Origin: Chrysomallon squamiferum
Lineage: Eukaryota; Animalia; Mollusca
DNA: 64,000 bases
Direction: 5' to 3'
NCBI GenBank assembly: GCA_012295275.1
Contig: CM022672.1
Coordinates: forward strand, 2,852,001 to 2,916,000
Part shown: in pieces, positions 15,490-30,037 of the stretch
How the letters are laid out: every line of letters begins with the position of its first letter
Numbering within the stretch: position 1 is the first letter of the stretch
Notes under the pieces: generated by a model
Seen by the model: the letters and a program-made list of their open reading frames with translations, nothing else
The model's database searches: none
Told to the model about the DNA's origin: nothing
Program-made: the position numbers and the translations under genes

Positions 15490-15610
15490 AGTGGTAGTGG
15501 TAGTGGTAGTGGTAGTGGTAGTGGTAGTGGTAGTGGTAGTGGTAGTGGTAGTGGTAGTGGTAGTGGTAGTGGTAGTGGTAGTGGTAGTGGTAGTGGTAGT
15601 GGTAGTGGTA
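15490..15610. repeat. (GTAGTG)n hexanucleotide microsatellite
   Basis: About 20 perfect units; explains the poly-(LP) ORF. Confidence 0.97.
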
Positions 15611-17672
15611 ATAATAATTTAAAGCTAGCGATGCTTAAGACGACTTCGTTTCTTATCAAAACCATCCAGTTTTCATTTCAGTAAATGTTTATATTGTATC
15701 TCAACCGCTTATTGATCATACAAAACAGTCAGTTTTCCCGTTGATGTGAAATAAAAATAATAAATGCCATCGCGTTTCCCTAGATTTCTGTTTTGAGTCG
15801 TGATACTGAAGTGTTACTCAGTATGCTGTTAATGTTCTTTCCCAGCAGGACGTTCGCGTCAAACCAAAAAGTCTATTAATACGGCCGAGTTGATGAAGGC
15901 TCTGCGGAGATTGAAAACAAGCAAGCGGCGAATTGCGTAATCCGTCTAAACTTTGTTACTTTCTCCTATCGAAATAAAGCCCAGCGTGTCAGATTTGATG
16001 GATGTTACATAATTTGAAACGCTTATAAACGAAAACGTCGATTTTGTGATTGAAGACAAGCGGTAATCATTTAGGACGCCAGAATTTAGTCAAACAACCG
16101 CCGCTTCGTATCCGAAAACCAATCAAAACGCTTGAACGATCGAGATTGGCTTTGATTGACTGAACGTTTTCACTGTAGTCTTGTATGAACGAAAAACGTT
16201 TCAAAACGTACACGATTATTTGATTTCAAAGCGAAATACACACACACACACAAACACTAATGTACGTACATATAACATACACATATATATATATACACAT
16301 TAACGCACACATATTCACATATAGTATTCATTCTCATTGATAACTTAATCCAGCTCATAAAAAAAAAAAAAAAAAAGAAAACAAATGTTTTCAGCAACAA
16401 TAATTCACAAACATTTAAATATAATCCTTTAAAAATTAAACTTGTAGCGAGCTTGTAACGTTTTACACGGCATTCACTTAAGGAAAAGCTAAAATAGAAT
16501 TGAGTAAATAGATTCGGTAACATATTGCCTGGGAAACCGACGCACATAAATTATTTTTTAATTTAGTTTTCATTAGTCAGAGTCGACCACTGTCATATAA
16601 ATGAAACGAAAGGTTACTGGATATTGTCGTTATTAGATTCCACAGATAACAGTTTTAAGGTAATTAATGAATTTAAACCAAACAAGCTTTTTTTACGGAA
16701 TCGAGGTAAGACTCGACATGCAAGCGAGGATTTTACTGGATGTGAGTCTGGCGCCGCAATCCAATAATGTGAGATAACAAATATTTTCGAATGTTTTCGG
16801 AAAGGCATCTGCATACAAAGTACACATGTAAAATAGGTTCTTACACTTACTCATCTTAAACTTCTAAAATCACCTATATTCTAGTCTCTTGTCATGCTAT
16901 AAATGAGAAAAAATTAAATAATAATAATAATAATAATAACAGCAGGAACAACAACACCTATTTTCTTCTCTTTAAAAAAAAAAAAAAAGAAGATATTATT
17001 TCTGTTTTTGTGGGGTTTTGCAGTGTTGTTTTCGTAATACAAGACTTGTTTACGTTTTGCTAATATACCTGGTCACTTTTGATAATACACATTACCACGT
17101 AGCAATTTCACAGACGCTCAGCAGAAATCTCCATTAAATATACCGAACTGCGTATGAGACACTTACAGTATACTAATTATCTGATATTCCTTATTGTTTA
17201 TCATTTTATTAATCATATGAAGAAGGTACTACAACAATGCTTTGCGTCATAGCCTTGGAAACAGGATTTCCTTTGTAAACCGGATTTGTTTACATCGGTT
17301 CACAGATGTGACTTTTAGAGCGAATTTTGCTAGAATTATAACGATAAACAATAAATCAGTTTTACATAAAGGGATCGAGGAAAGTGCCTATTTTTTACCG
17401 ATACGTTGTTAATACCTTTCTGTTTATATGTCTGTCTGTCTGTCTGTCTATGTATCTATCTATCTATATCTCTATCTCTCTCTCTGTCTATTTGTCTATG
17501 TATCAGTTTATCTATGTTAATTCTGGACCTAATCCACAGTAAAAACATAACCAACCAAGTTGAATACAGAGCTGGTATTTTCTTTTCAGTACAAATCGCT
17601 ACTAGTAATTATACTGCAATTTGAAAACACAGAGATTAAATCATCAATATAAATTAAGTTGTGATACAAAAC

Positions 17673-17800
17673 CTGAGAGCTCGGCGTCGGAAACTGTCCT
17701 CTTGAAACTGCACCGTCGGCCTGGACGTTGAATTCTTTGGACTCTTTCGTCTCTTAACAGAACAGGACATGGATCGGAAACGTGTGTATATAGCCTCCAT
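17673..17800 (-). CDS. GARNL3: Candidate alternative first coding exon (MEAIYTRFRSMSCSVKRRKSPKNSTSRPTVQFQEDSFRRRAL-S)
   Basis: Optimal Kozak context GCCATGG, 42 codons + 2 nt, CAG|GTTTTG donor. Phase 2, in frame with exon 287-356. A CpG-rich promoter-like block lies at about 17990-18500. Confidence 0.6.
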
Positions 17801-17989
17801 GGCCGAAACCAGCGATAGGTTTTTTTTTTTTTTTTTATCCCAAGAAGAATAACAAGCAGACAGATAATTAAATATCCATATATTCTCTTTTAACCCATAT
17901 AATCTGCGGAACAGAAGTCGTTTGTGATTAAATAATCGAAGAAACAGTTAATCATGTCTTTTGTGTCAAATCGCTTGGGATGGCAGAGA

Positions 17990-18500
17990 TGTGTCCGCGA
18001 GCAGACGATAATCTTTTCACGCGAGCAATTTCATTGACCAGGTGCTCGCATTCGAACGAACAACAACAACCACCACAACACTTGCCGTAACACCGAGCCC
18101 GGTGACAGCAGAACAACTACTGTTTACTGACCATGCTGAACGAATGAACGTAAAATAACGTGCGACTACTTTTTCTTTCCTTTTTTTTCTTTTTTTCATT
18201 GATTTATCTCACTTCTTCGACTGATGTCGCGCGCGCCTGAACACTGACTGGCGCCCAACGGTGCTACGCTTTACCGTTATACCAGTGCGACCATTTTTAT
18301 CTGACGCACATGATTTCGACGACCTCTCACCTCGTCGGATACGGCACGTGCTCGCTATCAATTTGAGAAAACTAAGTGAAGCGTGAGTGTGATAAGTACT
18401 AGACGTAAATAAAGCTGTTACAGAGGAGATAGTAGCGAAAGAACAGGCTGGCAAAATGTTAATGGGCGGGTTCCCGATAACGAAGCCCTTCTGAAGTGGT
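17990..18500 (-). promoter_or_regulatory. Promoter/5'UTR-like region of the 17673-17800 exon
   Basis: CpG-rich (GCGCGCGC), with TCAGTC Inr match at 18224-18219 and CACGTG at 18345-18350. Confidence 0.45.
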
Positions 18501-19322
18501 GGAATAAATCGCTGGGTTTATTACATACGCAGACGGCTACAAGTAATAAATTTCTGTCTGGTGGACGACATTTTGTATACTGTTTAAGCGTAGACAAAGC
18601 ACATGATAAAAGAAATGATATTGAAATATCTCTTCTGATCTTGTTTTCATCTGATTTTTTTTTTCCCTCTCCTTTTATAAGTTTGTATGATATTTTTGTC
18701 TATGTACATAAAATAAATAAATAAATATATAAAAATTTGAAAATATTATAGAAATTCGTTATCTCAGTGATTATTAATAATATAGGGTAAAGTATTCATG
18801 TATTTCATTTTGCTGACTTTCTTAATGCGGGGATGCCCGATGTACGAATAAATAACTTTTAGTTTATCTTTATTTCATTACGTTTTATCAATAACGCTTA
18901 TTACCTGTTAATAAAAACTATGAATTGTGTTGTATATATGAGAGAAAAGCTACTGGTAACACTTTAATATATTAGTCAAGTCTGCCAGTGACACAGTACG
19001 ACCAGTTCTCCATAGATCGCGTTTTGGGCTAGTTCCTATTCAGAATCTTATTTATAATTATTTTCAGCAGAAATGACTGGATTATAGAATGTCCTACGTT
19101 GCCTCTGATGGTGTAAGTTGAAAAATGAAATCACCTGGTATTTACTATTAATAGACACGAGTTCCAGCTTGCGTTTGATCATTATAATAAGTATGATGTG
19201 AAAGGTGTATTCAGCATCTAATAACCATTAGTGATTATTAGAATGTGTTGAAGTATATTTTAAATATTCATTCGTTAAATTATCTTAGAGTAGCAAGGTG
19301 GGAGCTTTTTTCTTCTTCATGT

Positions 19323-19327
19323 GTATG

Positions 19328-19359
<32 letters not shown>

Positions 19360-19417
19360 TGTATGTATGTATGTATGTATGTATGTATGTATGTATGTAT
19401 GTATGTACGTATGTATG
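19323..19417. repeat. (TATG)n microsatellite
   Basis: Direct reading. Confidence 0.96.
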
Positions 19418-20866
19418 TAGATAGATAGCTAGATAGATTTATATATATTACACTGGATTCGATACACATCCACCGGAACGCGAAACATTTATTAGTCATA
19501 ACCATACATACATATATATACACACACATGATATTATGGTTAAGCAAAAGACTTTGATCAGTTACTTCAGCATTAAAACAGGGATTATGACAAAACTTTA
19601 AAACCACTAGTAATAGATGAAATACTGATAAAATAATACATCACATCTGTGAAAAGACGTCATACTATTATGTTAGCTATAGATTTATATTTCACGAGTT
19701 TACCCTGCAGATGTAGCTCAGTACGAGAAAGCATGCAAACACATGATAAGCTGTCAATACAGCAATATCATATATCGAATTTGATTTATTTGTGTCTCAA
19801 AATTCCACAGAACTTTAACCCAAAAGCAGCAATAACACTAATTGAAAATATGTAATGAAGCATTATATTTAGCGAGTAACGAATTAGACAGAAGAATGGA
19901 TTTCCAGGATTCCCTCTAAATACCGTTATGTATGCAGTCGAATATCTACAGAAGTAGTGTTAGTAGAAACTACTTCATGTACGCGAGATGCTAACATCTG
20001 TAAAACAACGGTGTTTTCTGTGTGCTGTTTCTGACAACAAGGAATTTGCTGTAGTTCAGAGATAGCAGAAAGCCTGGGGCTTCATTGGTCTCTGGGTATA
20101 TCCTTCTCGGTGCTGTTATAGGACAAAGAAAATACTCCGCCATAACAACTTTATCGTTTGTCTTTCTTTTTTTTTTTTTTTTATTTTTTTTTTTTTTTAA
20201 TATCTATAGGAAGGTTTAATATAAATAATCTTTGCCTGGTGGCGATCGAAAACACTAGTATGACAGCTGCGGACGTAATTTCTTGTTGTTTGTTTGGTCC
20301 TTTACATGTAGATAAAAACGTCACATACCCGTAGATCAGTAAAGATATTGAAAGCATATTTAAATACAACATTTCTTTTTTGTTATATCTTATGACTGTC
20401 ACATCGGATTCAAAAAAAAAAAAAAAAAAAAAAAATGTGGAGTTATAGCGGAATGGGATAAAAATGCATCCTGACAGCTCGAAAAAAAAAAAATATATAT
20501 TACTAAGACAACAAGATAACAGTACGGACAACAGAACTGTGTTATTTACGACGCGATGAACATATTTTCAATCTACCGCCAAGAAACGTATGGCCAACGA
20601 CTCCACCAGCTAATAGAAGCAATTGGTTCCTACGAGGCAGACGGCAGATCGTTTTATTTTCTGTTAAATGCTGATGATAATTTTTAAACACACTTTGCTG
20701 TGTGCGGTATTTGGGGATGCTTTATACGCGGGACTCCGAGAGAGGCGCGGCACGATGTAAACATGTTTACCCCAAACGTGCTTGACGCGTTAATCGACAA
20801 GAGCGCTCTAACTAAGAACAATCCGAGACGGTAAGAGTGACAAGGGATGCTGGAGGAAGAGGTTAC

Positions 20867-20979
20867 CTGACAACTAATTTCCCGTCTTCCCTTTCAGAAA
20901 GATGCCACTGGCGCTTCCTGTGTTTAGCCACCGGTTCAGGCGACGAGGCAGTAAACAAGATCGCGTATAGACAGACTGA
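20867..20979 (-). promoter_or_regulatory. Candidate promoter with an Inr and an ATG-free non-coding first exon
   Basis: TCAGTC (Inr consensus TCAKTY) at 20979-20974, followed by about 110 nt without ATG and a CAG|GTAACC donor at 20867/20866, in a CpG-rich block. Confidence 0.35.
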
Positions 20980-21101
20980 GATAGCCAGTTAAACTTTTGT
21001 GTGCATCAAAGAGTAAGAGAGATGAAAAATTCGGGGTGACAGAAGGTTTTTTTTTTCTTTCTTTTTTTTCTTCAGTTTTCTCTGTTTTAATCTGTAATGT
21101 A

Positions 21102-22046
<945 letters not shown>

Positions 22047-22127
22047 CTTCAGAATTTTTCACCTACCTCTATCAAAATAACACTTCGACATTCCGAAAAT
22101 ATTTTACGGGTTCATGTAATAAACTAA

Positions 22128-22159
<32 letters not shown>

Positions 22160-22221
22160 TTCTCTTCGTTTGATGAATGCAAAAATATTAAAAAATAAAA
22201 ATCTTCTACAGTATAATTTAC

Positions 22222-22301
22222 GTTCGTTCTTTTGGATCAGTGGAATCTAATCTACGACTGACATCGTCTAACATGAACTGGAACATGTTTACACTGGCCA
22301 T
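22222..22301 (-). CDS. Candidate alternative first coding exon (MASVNMFQFMLDDVSRRLDSTDPKER-T)
   Basis: ATGG start, 26 codons + 2 nt, AAC|GTAAAT donor. The ORF stop (TAA) lies inside the donor. Phase 2. Confidence 0.45.
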
Positions 22302-23748
22302 GAAATCCGACGAAGTCTGCGATTGAACACGTATGAAAACAAGTTGAAGAACTGAGCTGTGCTCTGCAGGGACGAACTCTGTGTTCTCTGAGTTGCATGT
22401 TCTTTTCTCTTGCTTATCGTTCGTGTCTCCGCAAAAGGGTCCGAAACCAATACGAGTTAAACCAATTTCCTGGGCATGGATGAAACGGAATTGTAGATGC
22501 AACAGGACGAACTAGTGCAGTAGGTAATAGGATCGATTCCTGCTGCTGACTTAAGTAGATGATTCTCAGTGATAAAGCATAAGCAGGTGCAGAAGTTAAA
22601 ATTCAAATTCGTTTTATGCATACAGTAATAATTGAACGTATTGCATACAAAAGTATCAGAGGGTGCTCATGCTGCAGTAAAACGGTCAGTTTTAATCTAC
22701 GTTATGTGGCGATTATTCAGCTGGTCAAAAATTATATACACAACGAAAGAGGAAACCCGCTGTCGAAAAGCACATGCATTCTAACTTATTCGAGGATTAA
22801 CGTATCTCAGCCTTCAATAAATCAGTCATGGTGCACTTACGACAGATTAATTTTGACTATATGAAATATTTTGTCTTGGGGGAAAATGAAAGAAAAATAT
22901 GTACAGGTATGTGTTTCTGTGTAGGTGTGCGTGTGTGTATGTATGTTTTTGTCTGTGCGTGAGAGAGAAAACGAAAAAGGAAAGGAGTATTTGTGAGTAA
23001 TGGTTAACTATGCGATGATCATTCTGCTCTCATTTTCAGTTATTCAAAACAGAATTAACTGCTGCATATATTATTACTTAGATACTTGCGATGTAACAGA
23101 AGTTACCACGACACGATTCTTCATTAATAATGTGCTAAATAAACGAAAAAAAATGAATGTCGTGAATTTAATCACCTGCTAAATATAATGAAAAATCCGT
23201 GCTGTGAATGCATTCCAAGAAAAGTTCATTCATAAACGAGTTATTTCTGACGAGAATGTAGGAGGGATGGTTAGTCTTGCGTTCTCAACGTGAAGACTCT
23301 TCCGTGTACTTCACAATAGAAAATAATTATTTTACACGATCAATAATACTTAGAAGAAATTCATGGAAGCGTATGAAACGCCGATTAAAATATAAATTAA
23401 AAGGAAAAAGTTTAGAAAGTTCTCTAAAGAACGCTTTCGTGAATAATATTTTAGGATTTGTCAGTCATGCAGTAGTATTCAAAAGACTAAAAGAAAATTT
23501 GGAATTATGACTTTTCTATTATTATTCTTTAAATTTAATCAATTTTTCACTGCTGAAAATAGTATTACAGGAAGAATATGTGTTAATAGTAAAGAAAACG
23601 TGACTAAGACCTTAACACAGTACAATGTTGAAAAAGAATTATTATGTATTAAACTCGCAGCAATACACATATACTCCTGACAGAAACAGAGACATAGAAA
23701 ACTAGATACATGCGCATACGCAGTAAAGAGAAAAAGTTTCAATTTTTG

Positions 23749-23863
<115 letters not shown>

Positions 23864-25039
23864 ACAGATATCGAGGTAGCTACAAAGGTGAACTGAAATT
23901 TTTTTTTTTTAATTCAGAATGAGACAAAGAAAAATCTACAATGGAATGAAGGCAAACTTGTTCAGTCGTAACCATTCACTGAACTCGAATCATGCCAACA
24001 AACTAAGAATACAACGTTTTAACAAATAATTAACTATCGTTAGTTCGTGTTCTTTAACAATAGCCTACTTTCATCGTTAATAAAACGCCGATGTATTTCT
24101 TCATGTTTGATTTATGCTGCTATTGTTTGCCACTAAATTTTTACACACACTATTTTCAAATGGTTCTCTAAAGTGTACAGCTGTTACATTCCACACTTAA
24201 AAATTAAATAATGAGCGGTTAGCGAGATAATGGCAGCTGGTATGTTACAAATGTAATATTCATATATTTTGTTAATCGAATTTTCCCATTCTTTGTTGCT
24301 TACGTCAATAACCAAAATATCGAAAAATGCGTTGTTATATAAAAATCTCTTTGTATTATTTTCAATCTGTTTTGCTGTCTCTCTGTTTTCTCTTGATTTC
24401 TTATTTTTTATTAATTAATTAATTAATTAATTTATTTATTTATTTATTTATCGCTCTCTCTCTGTTTATCTCTAACTCTCTGTATCACTGTTTTGTGTAT
24501 ATATATAAAGAAATTACATTCATATAAATATGCATATATACTAGTTAAAAGTATTGTTTTATTTATTCGGCCGACCTGTAATCGCTCGTAATAAGGTATG
24601 ATCATAAAATTATACTGTTACAAGATATTTGAGCGCCCACCGTTTATGTCATAAGCAGAACCATGACGCCGAGGTGCAAGAATTGATTGAATATTTGTCA
24701 GTTTTTCCCTTTCTTTTCAGTTTTCTTCAGTTAAAAACTCGGTAAGAAAAGAAACTAATTCAAATAATCGTTTTCATTTTTATACAAATATTACAATTTA
24801 AAAAACAAAAAAAAAAAAAAAAAACACCAAAAAAACTACCGTCCCTCTCTCTCACACACACACACACACACGCACACAAACAGAATTTAAAAATATTTCA
24901 GAAATAAATCGTGAAATAAATGAATTCAAACTGTACAAGTTAAATGAAGGCCCAGTTCAGCGATGTAGTTTGTCGATCGCTTTCTGGAGTAGGATTGGCT
25001 CCCGATAATAATACATAACTGTGTATATCTCAAAACAGT

Positions 25040-25515
25040 ATAAATGCATGTGTGTATTAATGTATGTATGTGTGAATGTATGCATGAATGTATGTGTGTA
25101 TGTATGTACGTACGTACGTATGTATGTATGTATTTACTATGTATGTATGTGTATATGTTTGTATGTATGAGTGTGTGTGTTTGTGTGTCTGTGTGTCTGT
25201 GTGTAGGAGCGTGCGGGCGTACTTGTGATTGTCTGTATGTGTATATATCTATCGATATATATATCTGTGTGTGTGTGTTGTGTGTGTGTTTTGTGTTGTG
25301 TGTGTGTTGTGTGTGTGTTGTGTTTGTGTTTTGTGTTGTGTGTGTGTTGTGTGTGTGTGTTTTATGTGTGTGCCTGTGTGTGTTGTGTGTGTGTGTGTGT
25401 GTTTTGTGTGTGTGTCTGTGTGTGTGTGTGTGTTTTGTGTGTGTGTCTGCGTGTGTGTGTTTTGTGTGGGTGTTTTGTGTGTGTGTGTGTTGGAGCGTGC
25501 GGACGTACTTGTGTG
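25040..25515. repeat. Complex (TG)/(TATG)-rich microsatellite
   Basis: Interrupted TG repeats; explains the His/Thr and Val/Cys ORFs. Confidence 0.95.
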
Positions 25516-26935
25516 TGAAGGTATAATAAAAACTTTTGGTAGACAAATTCACTTAATTATGTGGAGGTAAATTAACGTAAACTACATAACAAAACCCGCT
25601 TCGAGTTTATGTGCAAAACACATTTACTCACGTAACATAATGTCTTTATTTTCATTTGGCTTCGGGGTTTTTAACAAAGGTTAATGTTACTTGATAAAAG
25701 ACCGCGATCTTCAATCTACATTAGCTAATTTCCAATACGAGCTTCACTAATCAATAAAAGCCATCACATAACCTGTGCAGTTCTGCTACAAGAGTATGAT
25801 GGCACCATTATCGCGGACCCCCCTCTCCGTACCCCCCGCTGTTTAGGATAAGTAGCTTCGTTTTAGATGACTAACGTTAAGAATGAGTGCATATGTCTGA
25901 ATGGAAAGTTTGAGCTCGCAGTGATTTCTGTCACGTATAACCCAAGGAAGCGGTTTCGTTCATAAATGTGTTATAAATATTTAGTCGTTAATGCCAGACC
26001 AGTGGGCTGGTTTTCTGTTTGGTATAAACTTATCTCGGTTCGTATGTCTCTCTGTTTGTCTTTCTGTTAGTCTGCACGTATGTGTGTGTCTGTCTGGATC
26101 TGTACGTGTGTATTTATGTATATATATATGTTTTTACGTGCATACGCGTACGTACATTTATTATATTATGTGCGACAAAGCATTAAGTTGCATACGTTTA
26201 TCCATATCATTTAAAAAAGGCCAGTGGTGTTTTCTCAGCTCGTGCCACATGAGTGTACCTTTGTCTCAGGTGAACAGAACGCGTACAACATAATTAAACT
26301 GTAGGTTTTTGTTTACCAATCTGCAATCACGCTGTTACAGTTTTTGTCAATTCATCAGCTTTGACATGCTATTTGTAAACATAATCTTGATCGGTATACG
26401 GTTATCAAACACTTCTGAAAAGCAATATATTATTTTACTGTGCGCAAATCTAGCATATAATGTGAATGTTAGGCAACACTATGTGATGCAGGTAACTGGA
26501 ATAATGTTGTATATTTTTTTTTATTTTTCATTTATTAATTTATTTTTTTAATAGTTTTTTTTTTTTTTTGCCTGTCTCTATTTCTATCTTGTTACAGAAT
26601 TTTGTCCTGGAGCGAATTAGAATGATCAGTTATACCAAATCCACGGGGAGAGATGGAAATAGTCTTTAGGGATTATCAATAAGAAAAATATTCACCTAAA
26701 CTTACAGCACATATATCATCGCTATTTTAATAAAGTATTACGTCCTCTGATTTCCCAGTGGCAAATACACAATATTGCTTGCCTAAAAGGATGCAGGGCA
26801 AATGTATCATTAATATGTTATAATTTGACTCAATAGATTAAAAAGTGTACAAGTTGTGAAGTATGTAAGTAGGCAAGTATGCAAGTTAGAAAGTAAATAA
26901 ATAAATAAATAACCCAACAAATAAACACCAACCCA

Positions 26936-26995
<60 letters not shown>

Positions 26996-27900
26996 AAACA
27001 AACAGCGCAAAGAATCGAGAACCAGCAGAAACAAAAACAATAACACAAACATATTCTTTACCTAGTTTTTAATGAACCCTAATGCGCAGTAAGGATAACC
27101 TACAACACTATAAACAGCTGAAAAACACATCCAGTTTGCTCTTTTCGTCACTAACTCGGTATGATTTCTTTAAATCTGGAATCAAGTTCTATATTCTTGT
27201 AAAAAAAAAAAAGACGAAAGCGCCTACGAGTCTGAGTGAGAAGACTTATGATTGGTTTGTTTGGTTACACAACTTAAAAAAGGAAAAAAAAAAAAGAAAA
27301 GAAAATGGAAGGCGGAAGTTCGTAAAAAGCAGAGAAAAGCAAAGTTAACCAATGAGAAAAGGTAATTCAGTGTACTGGTGAATCATGACAGTGCTTTCTA
27401 ATTTAATCAGCGTTATATTTATTTATATTGCTTTCACACACGATTCACGTGGACTGTTAGAGTTAGCAGAAACGAAAGAGCTAAACGAATTGTTAACAGA
27501 AATGTACGAGATGACGTGCATTTTGATTAACTCTCTAGAACAACGAAATCAAGGTTTAAATTTAAACAGCGCCCTCTATGTTTCTCTGATTCTCGCTCTT
27601 TCTCTCTCTTTCCCACTTTTTCCTTTCTCTTACTTTCCTTCCTTTTTTTTTTTTTTTTTACTGCCGAAAAATTCAAAAATAACTTTAAACTTGAACAATT
27701 AATTCCAAATCAAGAAACTTTAAAATAAAAGTTTATTCACTTCAAAAAAAAAAAAAAAATATATATATATAATAATAATAATCAAACAACAACATTTACG
27801 TGTCTAAAATTGAAATAAGTAACCGAATACTTTTATGCTTTTACTCTTTCTCCCGTGATATCTAAAAATGCTAAAAAGAAATGCTAAGCGAAAAAAAAAA

Positions 27901-27943
<43 letters not shown>

Positions 27944-28492
27944 GCTCATTACGCAAATATCACTTCAAAAATAGCGACTAAAAATTCAGCGGAAATATAA
28001 AAATAATTTAATGGAGAATAATACGCATCAACCAGCCTGATGAATCACTTTACAAATTAATTCAGACCACTACACATCAGAGAAAATAATCCTGATATAA
28101 AATTACAATTCAAATTTAAAACTTCAGTGTGGGTGACCGCCAGGGCTCTGTGAACTAAACACGGAAGAAAATAATAGTTTGTAAAACGTGTCTATTTTAG
28201 AGACTGAAAAATAAAATGTATTTTAATGACGAAAAAAGAAAGGTGAAAAAAAAAAAAAGACGTTATAAATAATATTTTGTGACATTACTAAAATTATCCT
28301 TAATAATAAAATAGAAATTAGATAAATATAAAAGGTGGAGATAACAACAACAGCAGCAACAACAACAGCAACAATAAAATTAATAATAACAATAATAACA
28401 ATGATGATGATGACGACTTCTTTTGAACAATAATGTTTAAGAACCAATGAAAATAATTTTTAGATACAAAATCAAATCTCTTCCTTTATTCC

Positions 28493-28549
<57 letters not shown>

Positions 28550-28836
28550 CCCTATTTTAAAGATAATTTTAACACTATATAACTTACACTGTGTTTATCA
28601 AAATTCAACACACTGCAATCTCAGAAAGGAAACTGATATTAAGCGACAATGACGTCATAATGATATGACGTTTAATTGACGTAGATATGTGGAGTGTGGA
28701 TGGTGGAATGAAGGACGAGTAAGCTTGCGAATGTTCATGTGTGCGAGTATGGGTCAGTTAATGGATGATTATGATTTCATAATTATTAGTAATATATAAA
28801 AAATTAAAAGCGATTAGAAACTGACTGGTTACCTAC

Positions 28837-28980
28837 CTTGTGTGTTACAGATAATGAATCAATGGTCAGGCAAATATTTATTATCAACACAAACCTCTCG
28901 TTCTTATTTGTTAAACAGTACTTCTAACATATGTCAAACAGTGTACTTACCTGAAAAGATAAAAGAAACATAATTACTCC
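28837..28980 (-). other. Recursive splice site (ratchet point) at 28951|28950 with a cryptic RS-exon of 56 or 114 nt
   Basis: Minus strand AGTAATTATGTTTCTTTTATCTTTTCAG|GTAAGTACA. Downstream donors are GAG|GTTTGT (28895/28894) and AAG|GTAGGT (28837/28836). Confidence 0.72.
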
Positions 28981-29035
28981 ACAGGTAAAATCATAAAATA
29001 TATCATAAAATATGTAACAAACGCACATCCACACC

Positions 29036-29256
<221 letters not shown>

Positions 29257-29991
29257 GGCAAACTACCGGTAAATAGAAATAAAAAATTAAAATCTGTTAT
29301 AAAAAAGAATTTATTCCAACGACAAGAACATCACAGCGGTTGAGCAAACAAAGCCTTTATAAACTGGTTTCGTAACACTGCATTGTACGATTCTTCAGTT
29401 AACGGACTCTTCAGTAAATAAACTGCATTGTACACACAGTTTCTTACTGTCCCTTAGAATCAGCAAATCTTGCAGATATTCAGGAGAGAATGGCAGTGTT
29501 TTCACAAGCTGCCAAAGAGCTTTAATGAAAAGTGCAGAACACTCAAACATGCATATTCAATTAACAAACCACTTGTGTAAGGCTTTCCAATTCCCCGCCA
29601 GCTACCTCAACGGCATAACGTCTCAACTAAAGATTCAATGTTAACATAGCAAACGCCACGTCGTCTCCAAGCAAGAATATTTAATAATAATAATAATAAG
29701 AAGAAGAAGAAGAAGAAGAAGAAAGAGGATATGCGGAGCAGGATGTAACGATGATGATATTATTTGGTTCCAGTCATTTTACGTTATTTTGTCTAGTAAG
29801 TATTATTATGGCTTTTTATTCTGGAAAATAATAATAACAACAACAAGGATAATAATAATAATAATATTATTAATAATAATAATTCGTTTTAATAATTTTT
29901 GTAATAATAATAATAATATTATTAATAATTTTAATACTAATAATAATAATAATAATAACAATAATAACAATAATATTAATAATTTTAATAC

Positions 29992-30037
<46 letters not shown>

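Noticed and set aside
24926-25570. 208-aa His/Thr-rich ORF and overlapping Val/Cys ORFs (also 50697-51147 and 57208-57696)
   Set aside because: Translations of CA/TG microsatellites.
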